Part shown: positions 41,629-55,005 of the stretch, one piece after another | How the letters are laid out: the number at the start of each line of letters is the position of its first letter | Numbering within the stretch: the stretch's first letter is position 1 | NCBI GenBank assembly: GCA_951406725.2 | Contig: OX597830.1 | Span: 64,170,001-64,234,000 of the forward strand | Source: Octopus vulgaris | Taxonomy: Eukaryota | DNA: 64,000 nt | Reading direction: 5' to 3' | Notes under the pieces: model-generated | The model's database searches: none | What the model was told of the DNA's origin: nothing | Seen by the model: the letters and a program-made list of their open reading frames with translations, nothing else | Program-made: the position numbers and the translations under genes

Positions 41629-41974
41629 TAGAGATTAAGGAAGTGGAAAAAAAAAATTGAAGTAATTAAAAAAGAACAAAAATATGACATCCAGAGTTAT
41701 TTCCCTTACAAACTAAGGGAAGTAATTCTCAAAATTTGCGTTGTTCCTGATATAACAGACTTTTGATCACATGCAGTCCAGTCGTGAACAACATGTCTGC
41801 TTTCCAGTCATTGGACTACAATATTCAACATGCAATTGCCATTTTAAAAGAGAGTAAGGTCTAATGTTAAAGTGATTTGCTGCTATTTCTAGCGGTTTAA
41901 GCTACCATATACAGTCTCCAGCTTTGAATTGATAATATGTTATTGTTGCTCAACTCTAAGATTAGCAGACCTAT

Positions 41975-42337
41975 ACTCTTTTACTTGTTTTAGTCATTTG
42001 ACTGTGGCCATGCTGCAGCACCGCCTTTAGTCGAGCAATTCGATCCCAAAACTTATTCTTTGTAAGCTTAGTACATTGGCCAAACCGTTAAGTTACGGGG
42101 ACGTAAACACACCAGCATCGGTTGTCAAGCGATGTTGGGGGACAAACACAGACATACATATATACATACATATATACGACGGGCTTCTTTCAGTTTCCGT
42201 CTATCAAATCCACTCACAAGACTTTGGTCGGCCCGAGGCTAAAGTAGAAGACACTTGCCCAAGGTGCCACGCAGTGGGACTGAACTCGGAACCATGTGGT
42301 TGGTAAGCAAGCTACTTACCACACAGCCACTCCTACG
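41975..42337 (-). mobile_element. SINE family A
   Basis: Reverse complement of the family sequence. Confidence 0.85.
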
Positions 42338-42997
42338 CGGTTAAAGTTGTTCCAGCCATGACCACCCCATATGCCACGATCATGCCTAGAATATACATCT
42401 TATCTATTGGAATCTTATTCTTCCAGATAAAAAGAAACATATAAAAAATCACTAGCATTTCTAGCATGTTGATTGACCGGATATAGGATCATTCGTCGCT
42501 TTTGTTGACCTTGGATACGTGGAATTCACCGTTCATTGTCATGTATGTATGTATGTATGTATGTATGTATGTATGTATGTATGTATGTATGTATGTATGT
42601 ATTTACGTAAGTATTTACGTACGTATGTACGTACGTATGCATGCATGTATGTATGTATGTATGTATGTATGTATGTATGTATGTATGTATAAAATACAAA
42701 ATGGGACGAGAACGCAAAACATCCGGACAACTAGGTGATACAAAAAGGGACAGCAAAACATCCATATAGACGCTACAAAAGAACAAAGACAGGTCATTCG
42801 AAGCTTTTTATCCTCAGTCAAGAACCGGATCATCCTCGCAATTTCGGCTGATTAATCTTGAGATTGCTCCAATCTGGCCAGCCCTAAGGAAAAACTAAGC
42901 TAAGAGCATTAGATTCCTTGGAAAAAAAGGCATCGAATGTATACGAAAACAAGGACAGAAAAACAGACGAAGTTACACGAATATAAATACAAAATAC

Positions 42998-43040
<43 letters not shown>

Positions 43041-44100
43041 GGACATAACAACAGGTGACTTTCGACTGGGGACGAATTGAATTCAGCTGGCGTGTGTGGA
43101 AATGAAGCCTTACGGCAGAGATACAAATCTTTCACTCTTCTTTTCTCACGTGACAGAGAGGCTAGACTGCTAGCACTCTTTTTGCATTTAACTGTGGTTA
43201 CTGCTACATCGATGACCACAGCTGCATGGTTGAAACGAATAAAAGAAATAAAAAAGTATATTTGTAAGCTTCTTATAAGAATATTTGTAAGCATTTATAA
43301 TCATTCTTTTGTAAAAAAAATAATTGATTTCATAATCGGCTTGACGAATAAAAGAAATAAAAAGAATATTTAGAAGCATTTTTATAAGAATATATATTTA
43401 GAAGCCTGTATAATCATTTTTTGTAAAAAATAATAATTAATTTCGTAATCGGCGTATTTTAGAGTTGCTTCCCTTATTTATGTTATTTAGAGTTATTTCC
43501 CTTGATATGCATGTTTTTTTTTCTCGCACATCCTTTCATGTCATTGAATGCCTACTATTTCTTTTGTTACCTTTTCCTCGTTTGCCTTTTAATTACACAT
43601 GTATGTATGTACTATGTAAACACAACACCAGCACTTTTGATGGGCGTGATACCTTGGCCTCACGGGCTCCATTACTTCACTGGCATTTTATTTTCATCAG
43701 GCGAGAGAAAGGCAATGTAAACCTGGGTAGGATTTATATATATATATCTATACAATATGTTACATTACTCGGTAGTCAAGATAAAACTCTGAGTTTCAGA
43801 TGCCGAAGTGGAAATCCACAACACCATCTCTTCGGTTATCTGGCTATTTGAAAACGTTATGAAAAAATACCGTTAAATAAAGGGAAATTACTCTGTTATA
43901 ACTCTGCTTGCCTGCGTACTTATACATCGCTCGCATTTTTCGTCATAAAAGTTATATAAAAATACATAAAAAATATATAAAAAATATATAAAAATATATA
44001 AATTCTTCTTGGGACATAACATAGAAAGTATAGATAAATTTCCTCTATTTACATAATATCGAGGTCTCTTTCTTTCTTTTGTTATCTTACCGTTTTATCA

Positions 44101-44129
<29 letters not shown>

Positions 44130-44131
<2 letters not shown>

Positions 44132-44432
44132 ATGATCACATGACCGACCAGACCATCAGATGTTGTTACACATCGCTGGTCACAATGCGTTCGCATTGTT
44201 TTAGCCTTCGAATGACGCCACCCCGCTGGCTAAGCGAGCAGGCCAACAGAAGAAAGTGTGAGAGAAAGTTGTGGTGAAAGAGTACAGCAGGGATCACCAC
44301 CCCCTGTCGGAGCCTCGTGGAGCTTTAAGGTGTTTTCGCTCAATAAACACTCACAACGCCCGGTCTGGGAATCGAAACCGCGATCCTACGACCGCAAGTC
44401 CGCTGCCCTAACCACTGGGCCATTGCGCCTCC
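44130..44432 (-). mobile_element. tRNA-derived SINE family E
   Basis: Minus strand GGAGGCGCAATGGCCCAGTGGTTAGGGCAGCGGAC..GGTTTCGATTCCC; same head as 58457-58842. Confidence 0.85.
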
Positions 44433-44458
44433 ACAGGATTTATATCTAGAACATAAAA

Positions 44459-44645
44459 TCCGATGGAATTAAGTGTGGTGGATTGGCAGAAGCGCTAGGA
44501 CGTCGGCCAAAGTACTTGTGATATTTCGCTGGCATTTTATGTTCTAGGATTTATATCTAGAACCTAAAATGCCAGCGAAATATCATAAGTACTTTGCCCG
44601 ACGTCCTAGCGCTTCTGCCAATCTACCACACTTAATACCATCGGA
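44459..44645. repeat. Long inverted repeat, 89-bp arms, 9-nt loop
   Basis: 44459-44547 versus 44557-44645, five differences counted by eye. Confidence 0.92.
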
Positions 44646-44779
44646 GAGATGGAAGTTTAACCCTTGCAAAATTTGAACTCACAACACGGGACCTAACGAG
44701 AGGCAGACATTACTGTAGGGCCTTTTGTCTCGCGTTCTTGCGAATATGTTTGTTCGTCGTCTTTTAACAGTTTCAATTT

Positions 44780-45265
44780 TATCACAAGGCCAACATTTTT
44801 AGCGGAAAAGGGTTGGTTGATAATCGACCTCAATATTTGACTGGAACTTTATTTTATCGATCTCGACAGGATGAAAAGCAAAGTTAATCTTGGCGGAATT
44901 TGAATTCAGATCATAAAGAACCGGAATGGATCCTGGAAAGCATTTTCCCCGACGCTCTACCGACTCTACTATCTCACCGCCTTTAATCAAATAATGATAA
45001 TTCTTGTTACAGTAGGCACAAGTCTAGGTGGAAAGGGGCTAGTCGATTAGTTCGACCCCAGTATTCGACTGGTATTTATTTCATCGACCCCGAAAGGATG
45101 AAGAGCAAAGTGAACCTCGGCAGAATTTGAACACAGAACATAAAGCCGTAAGAAATGCTGCTAAATGTTTTATCCGGCATGTTAAGGATTCTGCCTGCTC
45201 TCCGCTTTCTAATAAGCAGTGATAACTTTTTCTACTAAAAGCGTAAGGCCTGAAATTTTGTGGGA
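44780..45265 (-). mobile_element. Cluster of older SINE family B copies (type-2 tail)
   Basis: Repeated TCGACCCC..GGATGAA..GGCGGAATTTGAA motifs. Confidence 0.7.
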
Positions 45266-45269
45266 TAGA

Positions 45270-45857
45270 GCTAGTTAGTTAGTTAGTTAATTTGGCTCAA
45301 AAGCAAATAGCAAGGCCATGTAGGGGGACATGGAGTTAAGTACAGGGTGGTGTTCATGTAAAGAGTTCAGGCCACTTGAGGTCAAGGGAGGCTTTGAACA
45401 AAGCGGTCGTCGGCATCTTCACCATCTCGTCTGGCAGCTTGTTCCACGGATCCGCAACCCGGACGGAGAAAGCTCCTCTCCTTCGATTGAGATGAAATCG
45501 TCGCAGGTAGAGCTTTTCGGAATGACCCCGCAGCCGACGCTCTGGAGCAGGAGTGAAGAACAGCTCTTTCGAGAGGTTACACTTTCCGCTTATGATGTTG
45601 TGGGCGAGAATGAGATCACTACGGCGGCGGCGTTTTTCAAGAGAATAAAGGTCGAGCGTCCTCAGCCTTTCTTCGTAGGACAAATTTTTGAGACGAAGAA
45701 CAATGCGAGTAGCCAGCTTCTGCACTCTTTCGAGATGCTGTATGTGTTTGAGGAGATAAGGAGAAGAGGCTTGAATCCCATACTCCAATATGGGTCTCAC
45801 CAGCGTGACATAGAGTGGTAGGAATATGGTTGCTGTGAGCATTCCGAATGACCGTCG
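45270..45857 (-). mobile_element. CR1-clade LINE 3' fragment with (TAAC)n tail, inserted in a family B SINE
   Basis: LVRPILEYG..LERVQKLATR..LSYEERL..SLEKRRRRSDLI..LRGHSEKL..FSVRVADPWNKLP. Confidence 0.9.
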
Positions 45858-46002
45858 AATCATCTACTCCATTACTCAAAGGGTACTTGTCTTATCGATC
45901 CCTAAAGGTTAAAAGGCAAAGTCGAGCTTTGTAGGATTTGAACTCAATTCAAAATCGCATGAAATGCCGCAAAGCATTTCGTCCAGGCGTGCTAACGTTT
46001 CT

Positions 46003-47636
46003 TATTTCTTTACTACCCACAAGGGGCCAAACAAAGAGGGGACAAACAAGGACAGACAAAGGGATTAAGTCGATTAGATCGACCCCAGTGCGTAACTGGT
46101 ACTTAATTTATCGACCACCTATTTCTTTACTACCCACAAGGGGCCAAACAAAGAGGGGACAAACAAGGACAGACAAAGGGATTAAGTCGATTAGATCGAC
46201 CCCAGTGCGTAACTGGTACTTAATTTATCGACCACCTATTTCTTTACTACCCACAAGGGGCCAAACAAAGAGGGGACAAACAAGGACAGACAAAGGGATT
46301 AAGTCGATTAGATCGACCCCAGTGCGTAACTGGTACTTAATTTATCGACCACCTATTTCTTTACTACCCACAAGGGGCCAAACAAAGAGGGGACAAACAA
46401 GGACAGACAAAGGGATTAAGTCGATTAGATCGACCCCAGTGCGTAACTGGTACTTAATTTATCGACCACCTATTTCTTTACTACCCACAAGGGGCCAAAC
46501 AAAGAGGGGACAAACAAGGACAGACAAAGGGATTAAGTCGATTAGATCGACCCCAGTGCGTAACTGGTACTTAATTTATCGACCACCTATTTCTTTACTA
46601 CCCACAAGGGGCCAAACAAAGAGGGGACAAACAAGGACAGACAAAGGGATTAAGTCGATTAGATCGACCCCAGTGCGTAACTGGTACTTAATTTATCGAC
46701 CACCTATTTCTTTACTACCCACAAGGGGCCAAACAAAGAGGGGACAAACAAGGACAGACAAAGGGATTAAGTCGATTAGATCGACCCCAGTGCGTAACTG
46801 GTACTTAATTTATCGACCACCTATTTCTTTACTACCCACAAGGGGCCAAACAAAGAGGGGACAAACAAGGACAGACAAAGGGATTAAGTCGATTAGATCG
46901 ACCCCAGTGCGTAACTGGTACTTAATTTATCGACCACCTATTTCTTTACTACCCACAAGGGGCCAAACAAAGAGGGGACAAACAAGGACAGACAAAGGGA
47001 TTAAGTCGATTAGATCGACCCCAGTGCGTAACTGGTACTTAATTTATCGACCACCTATTTCTTTACTACCCACAAGGGGCCAAACAAAGAGGGGACAAAC
47101 AAGGACAGACAAAGGGATTAAGTCGATTAGATCGACCCCAGTGCGTAACTGGTACTTAATTTATCGACCACCTATTTCTTTACTACCCACAAGGGGCCAA
47201 ACAAAGAGGGGACAAACAAGGACAGACAAAGGGATTAAGTCGATTAGATCGACCCCAGTGCGTAACTGGTACTTAATTTATCGACCACCTATTTCTTTAC
47301 TACCCACAAGGGGCCAAACAAAGAGGGGACAAACAAGGACAGACAAAGGGATTAAGTCGATTAGATCGACCCCAGTGCGTAACTGGTACTTAATTTATCG
47401 ACCACCTATTTCTTTACTACCCACAAGGGGCCAAACAAAGAGGGGACAAACAAGGACAGACAAAGGGATTAAGTCGATTAGATCGACCCCAGTGCGTAAC
47501 TGGTACTTAATTTATCGACCACCTATTTCTTTACTACCCACAAGGGGCCAAACAAAGAGGGGACAAACAAGGACAGACAAAGGGATTAAGTCGATTAGAT
47601 CGACCCCAGTGCGTAACTGGTACTTAATTTATCGAC
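46003..47636. repeat. Tandem array of 14 apparently identical 117-bp units derived from SINE family B
   Basis: Unit starts at 46003, 46120 ... 47524; 39-aa repeat in the ORF track. Confidence 0.97.
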
Positions 47637-48498
47637 CCCGAAAGGATGAAAGGCAAAGTCGACCTCGGCGGAATTTGAACTCAAAACGTAACGGCAGACG
47701 AAATACCTATTTCCTTATTACCCACAAGGGGCTAAACAAAGAGGGGACAAACAAGGACAGACATAGATATTAAGTCGATTACATCGACTCCAGTGCGTAA
47801 CTGGTACTTAATTTATCGACCCCGAAAGGGTGAAAGGCAAAGTCGACCTCGGCGGAATTTGAACTCAGAACGTAACGGCAGACGAAATACCGCTAAGCAT
47901 TTCGCCCGACGTGCTAACGTTTCTGCCACTTTATAATAAGTAGTAATAATCCTTTCTGCTAAAGACACAAGATATGAAATTTATCGGAGAGTCGGGGTGA
48001 GGGGAGGGAACCAGTCGATTAGATCGACCCCAGTACGCAAATCGTACTTAATTTATCGACCCCGAAAGGATGAAAGGCAAAGTCGACTTCGGCGGAATTT
48101 GAACTCAGAACGTAGTGGTCGACGAAATACTTATTTCTTTATTGCCCACAAGAGGTTAAACATAGAAGGGACAAACAAGGACAGACAAAGGGATTAAGTC
48201 GATTACATCAACCCCAGTTGCGTAACTAGTACTTTATTTATCGACCCCAAAAGGATGAAAGGCAAATTCGATCTCGGTGGAATTTGAACTCAGAACGTAA
48301 CGGCAGACGAAATACCTATTTCTTTACTACCCACAAGGGGCTAAACACAGAGAGAACAAACAAGGACAGACAAACGGATTAAGTCGATTACATAGACACC
48401 AGTGCGTAGCTGGAGGAAAGGAGTGTGTGTGTATCTATGTGTGTATGTGTGTGTGTGTGTGTGCAAGTGTAAGTAACTGAATGTGTGCTGTGTACATA

Positions 48499-48569
<71 letters not shown>

Positions 48570-48790
48570 GTGTTATATTGACCCTAGTGCATAACCGGTA
48601 CTTAATTTGTCGACCCCGAACGGATGAAAGGCAAAGTCGACCTCAGCGGAATTTGAACTCAGAACGTAACGGCAGACGAAATACCTATTTCTTTACTACC
48701 CACAAGGGGCTAAACACAGAGGAGACGAACAAGGACAGGCAAACTGATTAAGTAGATTATATTGACCCTGGTGCGTAACCGGTACTTAAT
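47637..48790 (-). mobile_element. Further head-to-tail SINE family B copies
   Basis: Junction GACGAAATAC(C/T)|TATTTC near 47707, 48131, 48316 and 48685. Confidence 0.85.
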
Positions 48791-48824
48791 GTGTGTATGT
48801 GTGCTGAATGTGTGTGTGTACATA

Positions 48825-48870
<46 letters not shown>

Positions 48871-48910
48871 AATGGTTCTGCCAACCTGCTGACTTTATAA
48901 ATAGTAATAA

Positions 48911-49420
48911 CTAGCAGAATTGCCCGGCGTTGCTCGGGGCTGAATTGCTTGAAAGTACTGTTAATGATTGCACTGAATTATGATGATTATTCAGGCAAAT
49001 ATTGATATAAGTTTACGGTGGGAGATAAGGACTTAACGATCAAACGTGTGCCATTGCATTGTTTTGGGGGAACCAAATTTCTGATGAGCATTATAGGGGC
49101 ACCAACTTTAAGTTTGAGAAAGTGTGGTGGTAGTCCGGGGTGCTCAAAGGAATTGAGTACCTCTATTGGATAGTTGATGACGTCCTCTGGGTCAGGAGTT
49201 GTATCGATAGACTGATATACATAGACTTCCCCAGGAATGAGTTTTAGCATTTCATCATTAATATGGTGAACAGTTTTATTCCTCGGGGCCAGTATAGCCC
49301 TTTGGCCAATCCAATCCATATTCTGATAATTAGCTTGTAGATCTGGGAACACTGCATCTCTGAGATCAGAAGGCGTCTTAACAAAGGGGGGGCAGATAAA
49401 ATCTGCCTTTTATAATAAGA
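48911..49420 (-). mobile_element. Mini-Helitron retaining a Pif1-like helicase fragment
   Basis: RAILAPRN..INDEML..YQSIDT..PGLPPHFLKLKVGAPIMLIRNL..CNGTRLIV; 3' hairpin CCCGAGCAACGCCGGG and CTAG|T; 5' TCTTATTATAAAAGG. Confidence 0.88.
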
Positions 49421-49544
49421 GGTGAAATGACAACTCGGAGGAGCTAAACTCGGTGTCACAAGTTAACCCAGCAATCCTCAAATTGACAAATATAAATTCC
49501 CTCCTCGAAATATTGCGAAAACCTGGCATATGTCTTATTCAGAA

Positions 49545-49593
49545 TATGTGTATGTGTGAGTGTGTGTGTGTGAGTGTGAGTGTGTGTGTGTGA

Positions 49594-49653
<60 letters not shown>

Positions 49654-49898
49654 GTGTATGTGTGTGTGTGAGTGTGTGTGTGCGTCTGTGTGTGTGTGTG
49701 TGTGTGTGTGTGAGTGTGTGTGTGTATCTATGTGTGTATGTGTGTGTGTGTGTGTGTGTGCAAGTGTAAGTAACTGAATGTGTGCTGTGTACATATGCGT
49801 GTGTGTGTGTGTGTGAGTGTGTGTGTGTATCTATGTGTGAATGTGTGTGTGTGTGTGTGTGTGCAAGTGTAAGTAACTGAATGTGTGCTGTGTACATA

Positions 49899-49981
<83 letters not shown>

Positions 49982-50213
49982 AAGTGTAAGTAACTGAATG
50001 TGTGCTGTGTACATATGCGTGTGTGTGTGTGTGTGTGAGTGTGTGTGTGTATCTATGTGTGTATGTGTGTGTGTGTGTGTGTGCAAGTGTAAGTAACTGA
50101 ATGTGTGCTGTGTACATATGCGTGTGTGTGTGTGTGAGTGTGTGTGTGTATCTATGTGTGTATGTGTGTGTGTGTGTGCAAGTGTAAGTAACTGAATGTG
50201 TGCTGTGTACATA

Positions 50214-50267
<54 letters not shown>

Positions 50268-50484
50268 TATGTGTGTATGTGTGTGTGTGTATCTATGTGT
50301 GTATGTGTGTGTGTGTGTGTGCAAGTGTAAGTAACTGAATGTGTGCTGTGTACATATGCGTGTGTGTGTGTGTGCGTGAGTGTGTGTGTGTGTATCCATG
50401 TGTGAATGTGTGTGTGTGTGCGCGAGTGTAAGTAACTGAATGTGTGCTGTGTACATATGCGTGTGTGTGTGTGTGTATCTATGT

Positions 50485-50518
<34 letters not shown>

Positions 50519-50573
50519 GTGTAAGTAACTGAATGTGTACTGTGTACATATGCGTGTGTGTGAGTCTGTGTGT

Positions 50574-50607
<34 letters not shown>
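49545..50607. repeat. (TG)n array punctuated by a conserved 39-bp motif
   Basis: GCAAGTGTAAGTAACTGAATGTGTGCTGTGTACATATGC, eight copies here plus one at ~48463. Confidence 0.92.
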
Positions 50608-50609
<2 letters not shown>

Positions 50610-51152
50610 CAGTAATCTTCGTTCCTGTTATCCTAGGAGTAGTGTAGGGCTCGTGTGGTGGTCAGTGCTTGGTTCATCTCACGATTTTCATCTTGAATTA
50701 CAACGATTTTGGACAAAAAGAGAGAAAAGAAAAGAAACGAAACAAAAAAAACAAAGAAAAGAAGAAAAATGCAAGTCAATAAAAAGTATAAAACAAATAG
50801 TGAAACGTTGTAAAATATGCTGTGTAGTCACGTGAGAATACGTGACATGAAAGGTCAAAGGTCATCTGTGTGTTTTCTTTTCTTCTTTTACCTTTGTTTG
50901 ACGTTTGACGTGTCGTAAACAGGATTGCGTTCATATCAGGGATCAGTGTGTGTTGTGTGTGTGTGTGTGTTTGCTTGTGTGCGTGTGTGTGCATGAGTGC
51001 GTAATAGTGCACGTTTGCGTGCGTTTGCGCATGTGTGTATGTATATGTATAAATGCATATATATATATATGTATATATATATGTATGTGTGTTTGTGAGC
51101 ACACATATACACACATACACAAATATATTATGTATGTATGTATGTATGTATG

Positions 51153-51193
<41 letters not shown>

Positions 51194-51410
51194 ATATATA
51201 TATATACACTCACACATATATATTGACGAATGTACTTTATTAATTTCATGAGTAACTGAAGTATATCTATTCATTGAGAGTGCTCTACAACTAATCAGAA
51301 ATTAGACGGGGCTATGAATAAAGTAAGTATGTAAGATTTGTTTGGAAATAATGGATTTCAGATATATCCATAGGAAGAAAATACGTTCATATTGATATTA
51401 TGGTTATCTT

Positions 51411-51458
51411 CCAGACATCAAGATGTTTCGACGACTGTTCGTCTCTTCAGAATATGAG
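51411..51458 (-). ncRNA. Hammerhead core with strong helices II and III, helix I uncertain
   Basis: Minus strand CTGAAGA-gacga(acag)tcgtc-GAAA-catc(tt)gatg-TC. Confidence 0.5.
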
Positions 51459-51952
51459 AAATCTTATCGATTCACTCGAAGCATTAGAAGAAATAGCTAT
51501 TTGAATGTAACATACAGAAAAACAAAACAAATATTTGCATGCGTATGTATAGAGTGTATGGCTGTACGTCTTTCTGTATGGATATATATATATATATAAT
51601 CAATAATAGCCGCTTGGATTCAGATAGGTATGTTCAATTTTTTCAGTTCTCTCAAATTTAAAATCTCGAAATACTGTGCTGATGAGCGAGAATGATTGTA
51701 TGAAAATGTGATTTTTACATTTTTCATATCTATCGAACTCCGAAAGGCGTCCCACAGTTAATCAAATTACCGGGGGAATTTCGTTGTTTTTTCTTTTTAC
51801 CAACGTGGAGTGTTTTTGAGTGTATGTTATCTGGGAGATTCTCTTATGGTAGAGAAATAGCTAGGTGTTTGGCTGCTATTTCTAAATTTGCGTTATGTGG
51901 TGAAGCACATTTTTTTGTTGAAGCTTAATTATAATTATACTCATAATTATAA

Positions 51953-52074
<122 letters not shown>

Positions 52075-52189
52075 CAATAAGAAAATGGAGGGGATCAATA
52101 GGTGGTATTCATCAGCTTTTAGACATTATATTATGTCTATTTATTTATTTATTTACTAGAAGGACAATTATAATAATATATATATACAT

Positions 52190-52352
52190 AGGCGCAGGAG
52201 TGGCTGTGTGGTAATTAGCTTGCTTTCCAACCACACGGTTCCGGGTTCAGTCCCACTGCGTGGCATCTTGGGCAGGTGTCTTCTGCTATAGCCCCGGGCC
52301 GACCAATGCCTTGTGAGTGGATTTGGTAGACGGAAACTGAAAGAAGCCTGTC

Positions 52353-52396
<44 letters not shown>

Positions 52397-52613
52397 ATAT
52401 GTTTGTGTGTCTGTGTTTGTCCCCCCACCGTCGCTTGACAACCGATGCTGGTGTGTTTACGTCCCCGTCACTTAGCGGTTCGGCAAAAAGAGACCGATAG
52501 AATAAGTACTGGGCTTACAAAGAATAAGTCCCAGGGTCGATTTGCTCGACTAAAGGCGGTGCTCCAGTATGGCCGCAGTCAAATGACTGAAACAAGTAAA
52601 AGAGTAAAAGAGT
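52190..52613 (+). mobile_element. SINE family A, full length
   Basis: Matches family. Confidence 0.9.
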
Positions 52614-52696
52614 ATACATGTATAATATATTATGCTTTACGTATATAATATATAAGATATAAAAATACCAGTAATTATTAAAATATACAGGAGTAT

Positions 52697-52731
<35 letters not shown>

Positions 52732-53153
52732 TATATATATATATGTAAACATACATACATACACACGCACACACACACACATACATAGCAGTTTGCAATG
52801 CTTCATCAAAAACGGGAATTTTAATTGTCACTAAATGCAATTAGGGGTTTAGAAAAACCTACATTGCTAGAAACAAGAGCTAAAATGCTCTAATGTTGTA
52901 ACCAACGCACATAAATGTAAACATACGCACTAACAGGGATCTTAATCACCCGAAAAATGCCGATCGGGAATTTTTAATACTGACGTCAATTTCGGCAGTT
53001 TTCTTTGCCTCATCAGTTAAGACTGGCTCGTGTATACATATATAGTTACATACAGATATGTATACATATATTCAAATATAAGTGTATGTATGTATGTATG
53101 TATGTATGTATGTATGTATATAATATATATATGTGTGTGTGTGTGTGTATAAC

Positions 53154-53202
<49 letters not shown>

Positions 53203-53221
53203 GTATATTTATATATAATAT

Positions 53222-53265
<44 letters not shown>

Positions 53266-53579
53266 AATTTGTATATACAGACACACACATACACTCCCAA
53301 ATAACTTGTCAAATTTCTGGTTGCTGATGTAATATTAGAAAATACAACTGAGGTATTGTTGAACTGCACGAAGTAGACTGGGAAACTGTATAAGATTGTG
53401 GTGGCGGCGGCGGCGGTGGTGGTGGTCATTGCAGTGTAGATAATGCTGCTGCTGGCGATGATGATGATGATAATGATGATGATGATGATGATGGTGGTGA
53501 TGATGAACGCTACTTGGTCTTTCAAAGATGCACGACGACCTCGGAACGAAGAGATTAAATCCAGCATCCACCCATTTAG

Positions 53580-53604
53580 CCTGCCAGCCAGCCAGCCAGC
53601 CAGC

Positions 53605-53673
<69 letters not shown>

Positions 53674-53700
53674 TGCCAGCCTGCCAGCCAGCCAGCCAGG
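53580..53700. repeat. (CCAG)n microsatellite
   Basis: Direct reading. Confidence 0.95.
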
Positions 53701-53813
53701 TGGCCCAGTGGACAGACGGTCAAACATACTCGCAAAATCCTTCTCATAACCCAATACTTCACCTCGTTATGGCTTAACAGCCCTTGCCGTTTGTTTTAAC
53801 TGTCCTGTTTTTG

Positions 53814-54140
53814 TTAGTCGAGCAACTCTACCCCGGGACTTATTCTTTGTAAGCCCAGTACTTATTCAATCGGTCTCTTTTGCCGAACAGCATCGGTTGT
53901 CAAGCGATGCTAGGGGGACAAACACAGACACACAAACGTACACATACACACATATATATATATATATACATATATACGACAGACTTCTTTCAGTTTCCGT
54001 CTACCAAATCCGTTCACAAGGCATTGGTCGGCCCGAGGCTATAGTAGAAGACACTTGCCCAAGATGCCACGCAGTGGGATTGGACCCGGAACCAGGTGGT
54101 TGGTAAGCCAGCTACTTACCACACAGCCACTCCTGCGCCT
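53814..54140 (-). mobile_element. SINE family A
   Basis: Reverse complement of the family sequence, small internal deletion. Confidence 0.85.
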
Positions 54141-54143
54141 ATA

Positions 54144-54264
<121 letters not shown>

Positions 54265-54588
54265 TTATTATATATATATTTATGTGTGTATATGCGTGTG
54301 CGCGCGCGTGTGTGTAAAGAAGCTACAAAGCGCAGACATGTCACCAAGTCCCCTAAAATAGGAGATTTATAGAAGGACAAAAAACTGGAAAGAATAGAAA
54401 CTTAAGAAAGCGTCTCTAATTTGGTCGGCTGAAAATTGGGGCAAGCAAAGGGGGCGGCGGTGTGTGCATTTTTGCTACCTGTGCCAGACCTTACAAGGAT
54501 AGCTCCCTCTGAGTCCATTTGTGAGTGATATCGGTCACCCTGCTCGTATCGTCGTGATACAAAACCAACGATGACGGTGTCGATAAGG

Positions 54589-55005
<417 letters not shown>

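Noticed and set aside
42820-42895. Hammerhead-like skeleton ggctg..cagcc-GAAA on the minus strand
   Set aside because: CUGANGA core absent
46003-47636. CRISPR array
   Set aside because: Units are identical with no unique spacers
45938-47773. 611-aa ORF with 39-aa repeats
   Set aside because: By-product of a 117-bp SINE-derived tandem unit read antisense; non-ATG start and no protein features
49545-50607. CRISPR-like repeat-spacer pattern
   Set aside because: Spacers are (TG)n microsatellite, no cas genes, eukaryotic context
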